NCBI GenBank assembly: GCA_028871115.1
Contig: JAGWOD010000002.1
Span: 2,144 to 66,143 of the forward strand
Length of the DNA: 64,000 nucleotides
Direction of reading: 5' to 3'
Source of the DNA: Patescibacteria group bacterium
GTDB lineage: Bacteria; Patescibacteriota; Minisyncoccia; Phycocordibacterales; SBAW01
Below are positions 50,951 to 59,954 of the stretch, one piece after another. The notes under the pieces were generated by a model. It was not told the DNA's origin and did not search any database. It worked only from the letters and a program-made list of their open reading frames with translations. Position numbers and translations under genes: made by a program. Each line of letters begins with the position of its first letter. Position 1 is the first letter of the stretch.

Positions 50951-51991
50951 ATGAAAATAAAAATAAAGAAAAATAATCTGATTGCGTATGGGGCGGGAGG
51001 CGTAATCGGGGTAATTATCCTCGGATATGTCTTAGTGCGCATTGGGCAAGGGCTATCTACTCCGGGCAGTCCCCTTTCAGTGTTGCCATTTCCCCTTCCA
51101 CAGACGTCAACATCGTCATTACCTTCAACAACCTCGACAACTGAGACTCCCGAGGCAACACTCCTCCAAGGAATGCATATGACCTTTGACGACGAATTCA
51201 ATACCTTTAGTCGCTACGTCGATGCAAATGGAAACGTCACCTGCAACCCTGGCGGCAGCGGAACATGGCAGACCGTGTATGATTTTTGTTCACGCACTAA
51301 CTTTGCAAACAGCGAAGCAGAGGTCTACATCGATCCAGCATTTCTTTCGTACCTAAAAGGTGAATCGGCATCTGCGGCGGAAACTGATCCGGATAATCCA
51401 TTCTCCGTTTCAAACGGAGTGCTTGCCATACGTGCCCAACCCGCAAGTACGCAAGTACGCAGCGCAGTGGGCCAATGGGCGCAATACACCTCAGGCATTA
51501 TTACAACTCAATTTTCCTTCTCACAAACGTACGGATATTTTGAGGTTCGAGCCAAGCTTCCCACAGGAGCGGGACTATGGCCGGCATTTTGGCTTCTGCC
51601 CGAGGATAAATCATGGCCGCCGGAAATAGATGCTCTCGAAGCATTCGGTGATCCAAACCCTTTGGACCAAGGAGGTCAAACGCTCATCCATTACGCTTCG
51701 CACGCAACAAACCCCTCACAATCATGCGGTAATTGGTATAACGTCGGAGTGAATATCACGCAGGGATTTCATACGTATGGCGTAGATGTGGAACCCTCGG
51801 GGATAACCTATTACTTCGACGGAGTGCCTTACGCAACCTGTCCTCCTAATGCATCGGTGGGTAAACCCATGTACATGCTTATCAATTTGGCGGTCGGAAG
51901 TAGTGGAAGCTGGCCGGGGAGCCCGAATGGTTCAAACTCCTGGCCGGCGTACCTCTATATTGACTACGTACGTGCGTACCAAAAGAGCTGA
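50951..51991 (+). CDS. secreted glycoside hydrolase family 16 (beta-glucanase/laminarinase-like)
   Basis: Start at MKIKIKK with TM/signal. The GH16 catalytic EIDALE (ExDxxE) is preceded by GLWPAFWLL. Confidence 0.75.
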   Translation: MKIKIKKNNLIAYGAGGVIGVIILGYVLVRIGQGLSTPGSPLSVLPFPLPQTSTSSLPSTTSTTETPEATLLQGMHMTFDDEFNTFSRYVDANGNVTCNPGGSGTWQTVYDFCSRTNFANSEAEVYIDPAFLSYLKGESASAAETDPDNPFSVSNGVLAIRAQPASTQVRSAVGQWAQYTSGIITTQFSFSQTYGYFEVRAKLPTGAGLWPAFWLLPEDKSWPPEIDALEAFGDPNPLDQGGQTLIHYASHATNPSQSCGNWYNVGVNITQGFHTYGVDVEPSGITYYFDGVPYATCPPNASVGKPMYMLINLAVGSSGSWPGSPNGSNSWPAYLYIDYVRAYQKS

Positions 51992-53585
51992 TATATAGAG
52001 TATCCTCATCGGATCCCCACAGGAGCTTCCTGCCAAGGCTCCAGAGGGCGGACTTGTACTCCTCATGTACTGCAAGCCAAAATTGGACTCCAATAAATCC
52101 GGCTGAAAAAAGGTTATAGAAAACCCAGAAGAGAATGAGCCAATACGCTGGATTCCACAAAGTAATTGGAGTTTCTTTAAAAGCAAAAATAACCAGCGCT
52201 CCGTAGAGAATAAAATAAAGCGCAACAAATGCTAGCGTTTCTTGATAAGCGCGGGATATACTCGCTCGACGTGTATTCGTGGGCTCCCATCCAGCACTCT
52301 GCTTAGCAAGGCCAGTAACTACCGCGTGGCAATAGCTGTAGGCGTATGCCGCGCGAGCAAAGAAATTGCCCGACCGCGGAGGAACAATGCGGAAGAGGGG
52401 CATAATGACAAACGCGAGCAAAACACAAGGAAGAAAAAATAAAACGCTCGAAAGATCCGCACTCATGGAAGTCTCAAGAAATAGAAAGAATGTTCCAAAA
52501 GAGAAAAGGATGAGAACAGGGAAGCTCACGTAGTACATAAATCCTGAAAGAAAACAGATCTTCTGCTTGAAGGAAAGCCGAGAGACCCAGAATTCCTTTC
52601 TCATAATGAGACTCACGTTGCCACTGCACCAGCGATGTTGTTGATGGAAAAAAGCGTACAGGTTGTCCGGACATATGCCAATCGCCAATATAATTGGGAG
52701 ATACAGCACTTTCCATCCACGATGCAGGAGGGCAAATCCGGTATGAATATCCTCGCTGTGTTCTATCTGTGCTACTCCTCCAATATCTTCAAGCGCGCTG
52801 CGCCGGTAGAGCGCGTTCGAGCCGCAACACACTGGGGCTCCAAGACGGCTGCGGGCAACTTGAATAAAACGGTAAAAATCTTCTTGCACGCTTGCGGCAC
52901 CATACTCAAGTGCTGAACGATTATGTACAGTGTCGTTTGCTTCGAAATACTGGGGTGATTGGATGATAGCCACGGCAGGATCATCCATATACGGCAGAAG
53001 TTCGCGTATAAAGCCCGGGTGAGGACAAAAATCCGCATCAAAGATCGCGATGAATTTACCTCGTGAGCGATCGAAACCGTACTTAAGGTTCCCCGCCTTC
53101 TTCATATAGCCCTTGTTCCTTCTGCTGAGGTAGGTGAATGAAAATTGGCTTGCAAGAGCCTCGTGAGAAGAAATACCTCGGTCGTCGAGTACATAGACAT
53201 GGATGGGGCCGTACTCTAGCTGTGACACTGCCTTGAACGTACGCGTAAGTATCTCCGTATCCTCGCCGCATATGGGAAGAAATACGTCGACTGAAGGGGG
53301 TTGAGGAGTTTTATTCCAAAATGATGCCACGAGACGCCGGTGCGCTTCGGTGTCCATTGGTTCATAAAAAAAGTTAATGAGATAACTCAAAATAAAGTGA
53401 AGTGTGAGAAACGCTATGAGAGGAACCAGGCTCCACCAATAGATGCTATGGGGTGAGAAAAAACGAGCATACCCCCATACCACGAGAAGCCAGGACACTA
53501 TCGCAAATACATAGATTCCCCGCAGTAATGGCGTCGAAGTTTTCTCTGCGTACAAATATCGTGGTATGTGGCGAGCATTAATCAT
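51882..53585 (-). CDS. processive family-2 glycosyltransferase, cellulose/curdlan synthase-like (membrane)
   Basis: D,D,D,QxxRW architecture (QQHRWCSGN) with N- and C-terminal TM bundles; 567 aa. Confidence 0.75.
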   Translation of the reverse strand: MINARHIPRYLYAEKTSTPLLRGIYVFAIVSWLLVVWGYARFFSPHSIYWWSLVPLIAFLTLHFILSYLINFFYEPMDTEAHRRLVASFWNKTPQPPSVDVFLPICGEDTEILTRTFKAVSQLEYGPIHVYVLDDRGISSHEALASQFSFTYLSRRNKGYMKKAGNLKYGFDRSRGKFIAIFDADFCPHPGFIRELLPYMDDPAVAIIQSPQYFEANDTVHNRSALEYGAASVQEDFYRFIQVARSRLGAPVCCGSNALYRRSALEDIGGVAQIEHSEDIHTGFALLHRGWKVLYLPIILAIGICPDNLYAFFHQQHRWCSGNVSLIMRKEFWVSRLSFKQKICFLSGFMYYVSFPVLILFSFGTFFLFLETSMSADLSSVLFFLPCVLLAFVIMPLFRIVPPRSGNFFARAAYAYSYCHAVVTGLAKQSAGWEPTNTRRASISRAYQETLAFVALYFILYGALVIFAFKETPITLWNPAYWLILFWVFYNLFSAGFIGVQFWLAVHEEYKSALWSLGRKLLWGSDEDTLYISSFGTHVRSQYRGTPARSLNHSGSPASFHYFRPPN

Positions 53586-53606
53586 ATATATATTTGTGTG
53601 AATTCT

Positions 53607-55388
53607 TTAGGGAATACTTTGCCGATTTCGATTTTGTAAGCGCCCTGACCCAAGAAAATAGTCTTCCTGGGAAGGGGTCGGGGGCGGCAGTAATAGGAGC
53701 GCTGTGTATATCGGCCGTCGCAGACGCGCCTGTATGGCATAGATACCTCGTCCCAATGAAGCGAGGTATTCGGGTACCGCCTCCCACAAGAAAAAGCCAC
53801 ACATAAAGAATGTGTTGAGTGCTGCCCAAAAAATCATGGGCCCGGAAGTGTGCCCTAACTTAACACCGATGATAAGATCACACAGCGTTATTGAACCTAA
53901 GATAAGATGCGGAACAAAGAGATCTGGGGTACGAGTGGATAGCTGCTTATCTCCCTTTGGCGTGACCACGTAGGTAAGTCGTTTATTACGCAGGACGCCG
54001 ATAAATGCGAGAAAAAAGATGGGCCATGCAGCGATAAAGAGGAGTCTTCCGCGCAGGAGAAGCCCGCGTTCATTTTTCGGATGCACATTGAACCTCTGAA
54101 GCCATAGTTGGAAGAGTATTTGAAAGGTGATGAGCGGCACATACAAAACGAGCACAGGAAGAAGGACCAGATTTGCTGGTGTAATGCCGAAAAAGAAATA
54201 CAGGGTGAGCAGTACAATGCCTGCGGCTTGTGCAACTCCCCCAAAATAAAATTGCTGCAAAAGTAGATAATTACAGATCCGACGCCAAGACATTTTGGAG
54301 AAAAGCTGTGGGGCATGACGAAATAAAATATCCATGCACCCATAAGCCCACCGCATCTGTTGGCCGAAATAGGCGCTCCACGTAGTCGGACCTTCCCCGA
54401 CAAGAAGTGACTCAGGGACATATACGCTCGTCCATGGGCGCGTATACACCTTCATGCCGGTGAGCATATCTTCGGCAATGTGAGCGGTATATCCACCGAT
54501 ATCCCGCATGGCCTCAGTGCGAAAAAGATGATTTGCCCCAATGAGGAGGGTCATATCGCGGCCGTAGAGTCCCTGCTGGAATGGACCGTAAAATCCCCAC
54601 GTTTGCTCCGCAGCACCGCGAGCAATCCATGACTCACTCAAATTTCCATATATCTGAGGAGTACCCACAAAGGCAACCCGTGGGTCGCTAAAATATCCGA
54701 GTGTCCGCAGAAGAAAATCCTTACGGGGTAAAAAGTCCATGTCATGTTGAGCGATGATGTCATAGGAAGTACCCCAGTAATGGAACCAGGAATTGTAGTT
54801 TCCGCCCTTGGTCTTTGCCATAAACTTTCCGTGCGACGTGTTGAAGGCCCCCTTCCCTTTTCGCGAATAGTGCCGAACCCCCAAGCGTGCACAGATTGAT
54901 TTGGCGAGCGGATCATCACCCTCATCAAGAAGCCACGTATCATGGGGGTAATCGACCCCAACCATTGCCTGTAGGGTCTCTTCAAGAACGCTGTAGGGTT
55001 CTGCGCCAGGGACAAAGGCAGTGAGATATGCGACCCGCAATCCTGGCAGTACCGAGGGACAATGAACCGGGCGGCGTATAGTCTCAGCGATATACCAGGA
55101 GAATGCTTCCATTACGATTTCATGCCAGACGATATAACTCAAAACGGCAAAGAGAATGTAGTCCAAAACGTGGAAGGGTCCTGTAAAATTTTGTGCCATG
55201 TGCTGCGGCTGAAACCACCACACGCCAAAGACAGTAATAAGACCAAGCCCCAGCATCATCGAAAGCACGTAGATACTGCGCTCCTTGCGATCCATTCCAC
55301 CTTTGTAGGTAGGTAGCAGAACTATTTCTTGTGTTTGATTGGAATCTATATTCATTCTGTTTTTGTGCAAAGAAACACATAAAAACAT
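53607..55388 (-). CDS. processive family-2 glycosyltransferase, cellulose synthase (BcsA/CesA)-like (membrane)
   Basis: QQMRWAYGCMD QxxRW motif plus DDG / DxD-type motifs and TM helices before and after the GT domain; 593 aa. A paralog of the adjacent gene. Confidence 0.8.
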   Translation of the reverse strand: MFLCVSLHKNRMNIDSNQTQEIVLLPTYKGGMDRKERSIYVLSMMLGLGLITVFGVWWFQPQHMAQNFTGPFHVLDYILFAVLSYIVWHEIVMEAFSWYIAETIRRPVHCPSVLPGLRVAYLTAFVPGAEPYSVLEETLQAMVGVDYPHDTWLLDEGDDPLAKSICARLGVRHYSRKGKGAFNTSHGKFMAKTKGGNYNSWFHYWGTSYDIIAQHDMDFLPRKDFLLRTLGYFSDPRVAFVGTPQIYGNLSESWIARGAAEQTWGFYGPFQQGLYGRDMTLLIGANHLFRTEAMRDIGGYTAHIAEDMLTGMKVYTRPWTSVYVPESLLVGEGPTTWSAYFGQQMRWAYGCMDILFRHAPQLFSKMSWRRICNYLLLQQFYFGGVAQAAGIVLLTLYFFFGITPANLVLLPVLVLYVPLITFQILFQLWLQRFNVHPKNERGLLLRGRLLFIAAWPIFFLAFIGVLRNKRLTYVVTPKGDKQLSTRTPDLFVPHLILGSITLCDLIIGVKLGHTSGPMIFWAALNTFFMCGFFLWEAVPEYLASLGRGIYAIQARLRRPIYTALLLLPPPTPSQEDYFLGSGRLQNRNRQSIP

Positions 55389-55473
55389 TCGCCGAATGTG
55401 GTTCGGTTATGTGCGACAATGCATGTACGATGACGGACGCACATCGCTTGCGCTTACAAAAATTTTTACTTAA

Positions 55474-55508
55474 AGAAAAAATCATGAAGTTTCCTTCATG
55501 ATTTTTTA
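55474..55508. terminator. bidirectional terminator (ATCATGAA-gtttcc-TTCATGAT flanked by A-run and T-run) separating the pilus operon from the GT2 genes
   Basis: Seen in the sequence. Confidence 0.6.
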
Positions 55509-55548
55509 GAGCGAACAAAAAAATCCTCAGCGGTAGCGTGGTACTGCC

Positions 55549-56064
55549 TCAGTAGTTCGCTTGGAGTGCACGTTCAATTCGATTGGAAGCACTGGAAGCA
55601 CACGTGTTATAGCCTGCAGAAACCACTGTTGTTTGTACCGGACTTCCCGATTTGGCAACAGTCACGATAGAACAATAGGACTCAGGATTAAATGTAATGG
55701 TAAAGGTGGTAGTCGCACTCAAAGGAGATTCATCTATTGTCCAAGGTGCGGCAGCAATATCCTCCCCGTTGCATGACACTCCGGAAGAAGGAGGTGTTGA
55801 TCCGGAGGATGTGGCAAAGACGCTACCGCTGTTGTAATTGGCTGTGCCAGGATACTTGAGGTCCCAATAGAGCGCACATTCTATTCCCGTATCCGCCGCA
55901 TAGAGGGCAAAATTCGAATCGAGCACAACGGTGGAAAAGGAAATCTCCTTGAAGGTGATATCGAAAATAACAAATCCAACTGCAAGGAGAAGGCTCGCGA
56001 TAAGTACCGCAAAAAGAGTAACGAAGCCGCGCGAACATTTTGATTGATAGTGCATCTCTTTCAT
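55549..56064 (-). CDS. pseudopilin-like protein with degenerate prepilin N-terminus
   Basis: SRGFVTLFAVLIASLLL resembles the class III signal but lacks Glu5. It is the last gene of the pilus operon. Confidence 0.45.
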   Translation of the reverse strand: MKEMHYQSKCSRGFVTLFAVLIASLLLAVGFVIFDITFKEISFSTVVLDSNFALYAADTGIECALYWDLKYPGTANYNSGSVFATSSGSTPPSSGVSCNGEDIAAAPWTIDESPLSATTTFTITFNPESYCSIVTVAKSGSPVQTTVVSAGYNTCASSASNRIERALQANY

Positions 56065-56068
56065 ATTT

Positions 56069-56668
56069 TTATTGCCATTGGAAAAGATCTTCGCGCACTG
56101 TGAAAGTATGAGGTAGTTTGCCGTCCTGCCAGCTTACGGTCGACAATACGGACGCCTCGCTTTGATTACATGCAGAGCCCCCAGAAACGCACACCGGAAG
56201 TGTTATAGAGACTGTGCGAATAAACTTTGTCGGCGCATTGGAGGACGTCGGAGGATTGTAGTTATAAAAGCCAGTCGAGGTATCGTAGGAAATATAGGGG
56301 CAAGTGCCACTACACTGTGTCACGTTACCGCTCTGATACGGAGAGATTGTGGAATCGAAATAGCACGTTTTTGAACCATCGGTGCTTCCACAGTTAGCAA
56401 GTCCTGCAAGCCAATTGTTGCCGGAGAGATCGTTGGTATCGCGCACCCAACGGACATACTCTATGCCGTCTTGCGCAAGGAAGAGTGCAGTCGTCTGATC
56501 GCTTGCGATGAGCGCCGAGTAGAGACCTTCTGCAGCGATAGCAAGCGGCGCCACGATAGCGGTAATGAGAATCGTAATGGCAACGAATGTTTCGATGAGT
56601 GTGAATCCTCGCGCCCTTGCGACGATTCGCGCTATGCACTGATGAAGATTTTTGCGTAGGTTATTCAT
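56069..56668 (-). CDS. type IV pilus minor pilin / pseudopilin
   Basis: ARGFTLIETFVAITIL prepilin cleavage/methylation motif. Start taken at MNNLRKNL. Confidence 0.7.
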   Translation of the reverse strand: MNNLRKNLHQCIARIVARARGFTLIETFVAITILITAIVAPLAIAAEGLYSALIASDQTTALFLAQDGIEYVRWVRDTNDLSGNNWLAGLANCGSTDGSKTCYFDSTISPYQSGNVTQCSGTCPYISYDTSTGFYNYNPPTSSNAPTKFIRTVSITLPVCVSGGSACNQSEASVLSTVSWQDGKLPHTFTVREDLFQWQ

Positions 56669-57299
56669 TGTAGACACGCTGGGTGAGAGTGGTCTCAAGA
56701 CGTAGCGTCGTTGGAGAGCCACCGGCAACATTGATATGCGCAGTGAGTTCAATGAGAACCTTTGGCTGCGTTGTATATTGGGGCCACGTCCCTATCGTAG
56801 GTACATAAAAACGCATGGAATCAACGGAAACATCCGGAGAAGTGAGCGGCAGAAATGTCTGACCGCTATCGGTCGATTTTTCGATACATCCTCCAGAGAA
56901 CCCTTCGCAGGAAGAACTGTACCAATAGACTATTCGGTCTGTCTGACTTGATGGATCAGCACCGCTCGGCAAGAGTGCGATGTAGGAGGATCCGTATTCG
57001 GGGCAACCCTGCTGAACGGTGGGATTGCCCATGGCCCCAAGGGTATCACCTGACATATCGGTGCAGTGATACACCGTTCCGGTCCGGACGATACGCGACA
57101 TATCATCGAGCGCAAAATCAAGGTTGTCGACGACCGATTGTATCGATTGCGCTTTTCGGTCGGCATTCGCAATAGCGAGTAGCGCAGTCATCGCAATGAG
57201 CATAACAACGGTAAAAAGCGCTACAGCGACAATGAGTTCAATAAGAGTGAATCCCTTCTCGAAGGACTCGCGTGCTCGTCTTGAAGTGAAGCGTGTCAT
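56661..57299 (-). CDS. type IV pilus minor pilin / pseudopilin
   Basis: KGFTLIELIVAVALF prepilin motif; 212 aa. Confidence 0.75.
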   Translation of the reverse strand: MTRFTSRRARESFEKGFTLIELIVAVALFTVVMLIAMTALLAIANADRKAQSIQSVVDNLDFALDDMSRIVRTGTVYHCTDMSGDTLGAMGNPTVQQGCPEYGSSYIALLPSGADPSSQTDRIVYWYSSSCEGFSGGCIEKSTDSGQTFLPLTSPDVSVDSMRFYVPTIGTWPQYTTQPKVLIELTAHINVAGGSPTTLRLETTLTQRVYNE

Positions 57300-57305
57300 A
57301 TACGA

Positions 57306-57974
57306 TTAGTCACCGATTACGATTTGACCGGTCTCTGAAACTGTTACTTCTCGAGTAGTGCCGTTTTGCGATTGGACGATGACATAGGCTTCCGAATAGG
57401 GGTTAGAGGAAACGTCAGTACGAATGATAGCGTCCGGATCAGGTCGTTTGAACGTCACCGCAAGCCATTGAAGCGGTGTTCCCGTACAAGCGGTAATCCC
57501 CGTAGGAAGCGGAGAGGGACAGGCTTGTGCACACGTGAGTGAACTTCCCTGCGCGGCACAGAGATTCTTTAATGTGAAGCCGTTCTGGATCGTAAAATTT
57601 TCCAGTACTGAACTTGCACCATCGTCAAAGATACCGTTGTCATTGAGATCCTCAAACAGGGGGTAATTTGCATTATCCACTCCGATGATGCTTGCCGGGA
57701 AATATACTCCGTAGGCCGCTCCAAAGTTGTTGGTCCCTGGTGCAGTCTCGCGCACCGCCACGCCGTAGAGTTGCGCTTCTCTGAAAGAAAGACCAACTTC
57801 ATAGGCAAGACTGCGCAGCAGTATTGCGCTGTTAAATCCCTGTGTATTGAAAAGAATAAGTGATGAGATGATCACCACAATACCGATAACGACGAGCAGT
57901 TCGATAAGAGTGAACCCTCGGGTACCCTTCGGCAGACGGTCAGAGGGAGAAAAGTGCTGAGAAAAGATCGACAT
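57306..57974 (-). CDS. type IV pilus minor pilin / pseudopilin
   Basis: TRGFTLIELLVVIGIV prepilin motif. Start taken at MSIFSQ. Confidence 0.7.
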   Translation of the reverse strand: MSIFSQHFSPSDRLPKGTRGFTLIELLVVIGIVVIISSLILFNTQGFNSAILLRSLAYEVGLSFREAQLYGVAVRETAPGTNNFGAAYGVYFPASIIGVDNANYPLFEDLNDNGIFDDGASSVLENFTIQNGFTLKNLCAAQGSSLTCAQACPSPLPTGITACTGTPLQWLAVTFKRPDPDAIIRTDVSSNPYSEAYVIVQSQNGTTREVTVSETGQIVIGD

Positions 57975-58773
57975 GGAAGAAATACGCCACTGCTGCACCG
58001 AGTATAAGGAACGGTGCAAACGGGAGCTCGCTTTTCATTGTAAACCCCGAAGCTCCACCTTGTGCCGTCGAGGCGGGGACAAGTGTACTCATTCTTTTAT
58101 GCGAGAGAGCAATAAGAAGAAGTCCGACGATAGCACCCGACCAAAATCCGATGACAAGTGCACTGAGACCTTCCGTCATGCCAAGAAGCCATCCTAACCC
58201 AAGCTCAAGAAGCCCGTCCCCCCAGCCCATCCATCTGCCACGCGAGACTGCCGAAAGAGCAAGAAGTGGCAGTGCAAGTATAGGTCCGGCAGCTATTGAG
58301 AGAATGCCTGGTAGCGTCCCCTCGCAATATGCGCCAGCACACGAAAGAAATAGGGATAGTAGTCCAAGTGCTCCTGTAACAATGAGTGCAGGAAAGGGCA
58401 AGATAAGAGATTTAAGATCGTAGACAAAAAGAAAGAGAAGCCCCATCCACATAAAAAGACCGAGCACATATGCTACTCCTTGGGGATGCGCAAGGAACAC
58501 TCCTGCCGAGAGAATACCCATAGAGCACTCAACCAAGGGATATTGGGGCGAGATCGCAGCAGCACAATAACGGCATCTCCCGCGCAATAGAAGATAGGAA
58601 AAGACCGGGACAAGATCCCAGGAAGAAAGAGGGTGCCTGCACGTTCGGCAATGGGAACGGCCTCCTATCCCCTCCTTGGTGCCGTAGCGAAAAATAAGGA
58701 CGTTAAGGAAACTTCCGAGTACTAATCCCAGAAGGACAGTCCATATCAGCATAAAGAGAGCGACCGAATCCAT
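57940..58773 (-). CDS. pilD: prepilin peptidase (A24 family, PilD)
   Basis: N-terminal CxxC...CxxC zinc-binding cysteines and multi-TM A24 core with the conserved Asp region. Confidence 0.85.
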   Translation of the reverse strand: MDSVALFMLIWTVLLGLVLGSFLNVLIFRYGTKEGIGGRSHCRTCRHPLSSWDLVPVFSYLLLRGRCRYCAAAISPQYPLVECSMGILSAGVFLAHPQGVAYVLGLFMWMGLLFLFVYDLKSLILPFPALIVTGALGLLSLFLSCAGAYCEGTLPGILSIAAGPILALPLLALSAVSRGRWMGWGDGLLELGLGWLLGMTEGLSALVIGFWSGAIVGLLLIALSHKRMSTLVPASTAQGGASGFTMKSELPFAPFLILGAAVAYFFHVDLFSALFSL

Positions 58774-58799
58774 CGCAAGAAGTATACACCGGCACTACT

Positions 58800-58828
58800 A
58801 AAAACGCGCCTTACGTAGGCGCGTTTTT
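58800..58828. terminator. palindromic terminator AAAACGCGCC-TTACGTA-GGCGCGTTTT downstream of the major pilin gene
   Basis: Seen in the sequence; a perfect 10-bp stem with flanking A and T runs. Confidence 0.7.
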
Positions 58829-58850
58829 AGTTAGTAGTCGGAAAGAAAAA

Positions 58851-59339
58851 CTATGGTCTGATGCAGTAGTAGTAATTAGGACTCTGTGAGCAATCAACGC
58901 CTCCTATTGTTCCCGTCGTTACTGAACCGTTAAGAATAGAAACGTTATCGTTTTCAAGTTGGACACGAAGTACATAGCTTGGGCACGGAGTACTGCTACA
59001 TGTAGAACTAGTCGATGCAACGCTTGCGAGCGCTTGATATGCATAGGCATAGCTGCCGCCCTCCGGATCCGCAGGCATTGCGGCAATGTAGTTAGGAACC
59101 AAATAGGAAGTGAGCGCGGAGTAGGAAGCGACTGCCGGATAGGTAGCAAAATCGTTGTTGTAGAGTTCAAGGGCCGTACGCACTTCCTGAATATCTGAAA
59201 CACGGCGTGCATCGCGGCTTTTGCTGCGAGCGGTGTTGAGGGAGGCGAGAATGATGGACGCGAGAATCGCGATAATAGCGATGACGACGAGCAATTCGAT
59301 GAGGGTGAAACCCCGGGCCTTCTTCATGGCTATGCGCAT
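58851..59339 (-). CDS. pilA: type IV major pilin (PilA-like), copy 1
   Basis: KARGFTLIELLVVIAIIAILASIILASL class III signal and N-terminal helix; 162 aa; C-terminal Cys pair. Confidence 0.8.
   Translation of the reverse strand: MRIAMKKARGFTLIELLVVIAIIAILASIILASLNTARSKSRDARRVSDIQEVRTALELYNNDFATYPAVASYSALTSYLVPNYIAAMPADPEGGSYAYAYQALASVASTSSTCSSTPCPSYVLRVQLENDNVSILNGSVTTGTIGGVDCSQSPNYYYCIRP
59193..59321. repeat. 129-bp exact direct repeat (copy 1) shared between the tandem pilA genes; second copy at 59708..59836
   Basis: The two stretches are identical at the DNA level. They encode the conserved N-terminal pilin helix. Confidence 0.85.
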
Positions 59340-59362
59340 ACTATTTTAGTGAATAAAGAAAC

Positions 59363-59848
59363 TTATGGACGCACACAGTAATAATAATTTCCAGTGCAGG
59401 TGATCCCCGTTACCGTTGTGCTAGCGCTACCCGCAAGAACATTCGCATTATTGTTTTCAAGATCTGTCTGGAGTACGTAACTGGGACACACCCCGCTAGT
59501 ACATAGGCTGGGAGTCACTGAGGAACTGGAGAGCGAAGCGTACAGATACACGTAAGTGCCGCTATTGGTTGGGTCCGAGGGCATTGCGGATATATAGTTG
59601 GGCACCAGGGCGCTCGAGAGCGCGCTGATGTTGCTTGCTGCACTCACGGAAGGATAGCCGTTGTTATCGTTATTGTAGAGCTCAAGCGCGAGGGCTACTT
59701 GTTGGAGATCTGAAACACGGCGTGCATCGCGGCTTTTGCTGCGAGCGGTGTTGAGGGAGGCGAGAATGATGGACGCGAGAATCGCGATAATAGCGATGAC
59801 GACGAGCAATTCGATGAGGGTGAAACCCCGGGCCTTGAAGTTACGCAT
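59363..59848 (-). CDS. pilA: type IV major pilin (PilA-like), copy 2
   Basis: The N-terminal helix is identical to copy 1 and the C-terminal globular domain has diverged; 161 aa. Confidence 0.8.
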   Translation of the reverse strand: MRNFKARGFTLIELLVVIAIIAILASIILASLNTARSKSRDARRVSDLQQVALALELYNNDNNGYPSVSAASNISALSSALVPNYISAMPSDPTNSGTYVYLYASLSSSSVTPSLCTSGVCPSYVLQTDLENNNANVLAGSASTTVTGITCTGNYYYCVRP

Positions 59849-59954
59849 AGAAAGACGGCTGGAGACGTTTGTTTGATGATAATCGGAATTTCACATCCGG
59901 CTACTGAGAATTATACTAGACCCTTTCTTCCCTCCCCGTCCGATGTGGATAACC

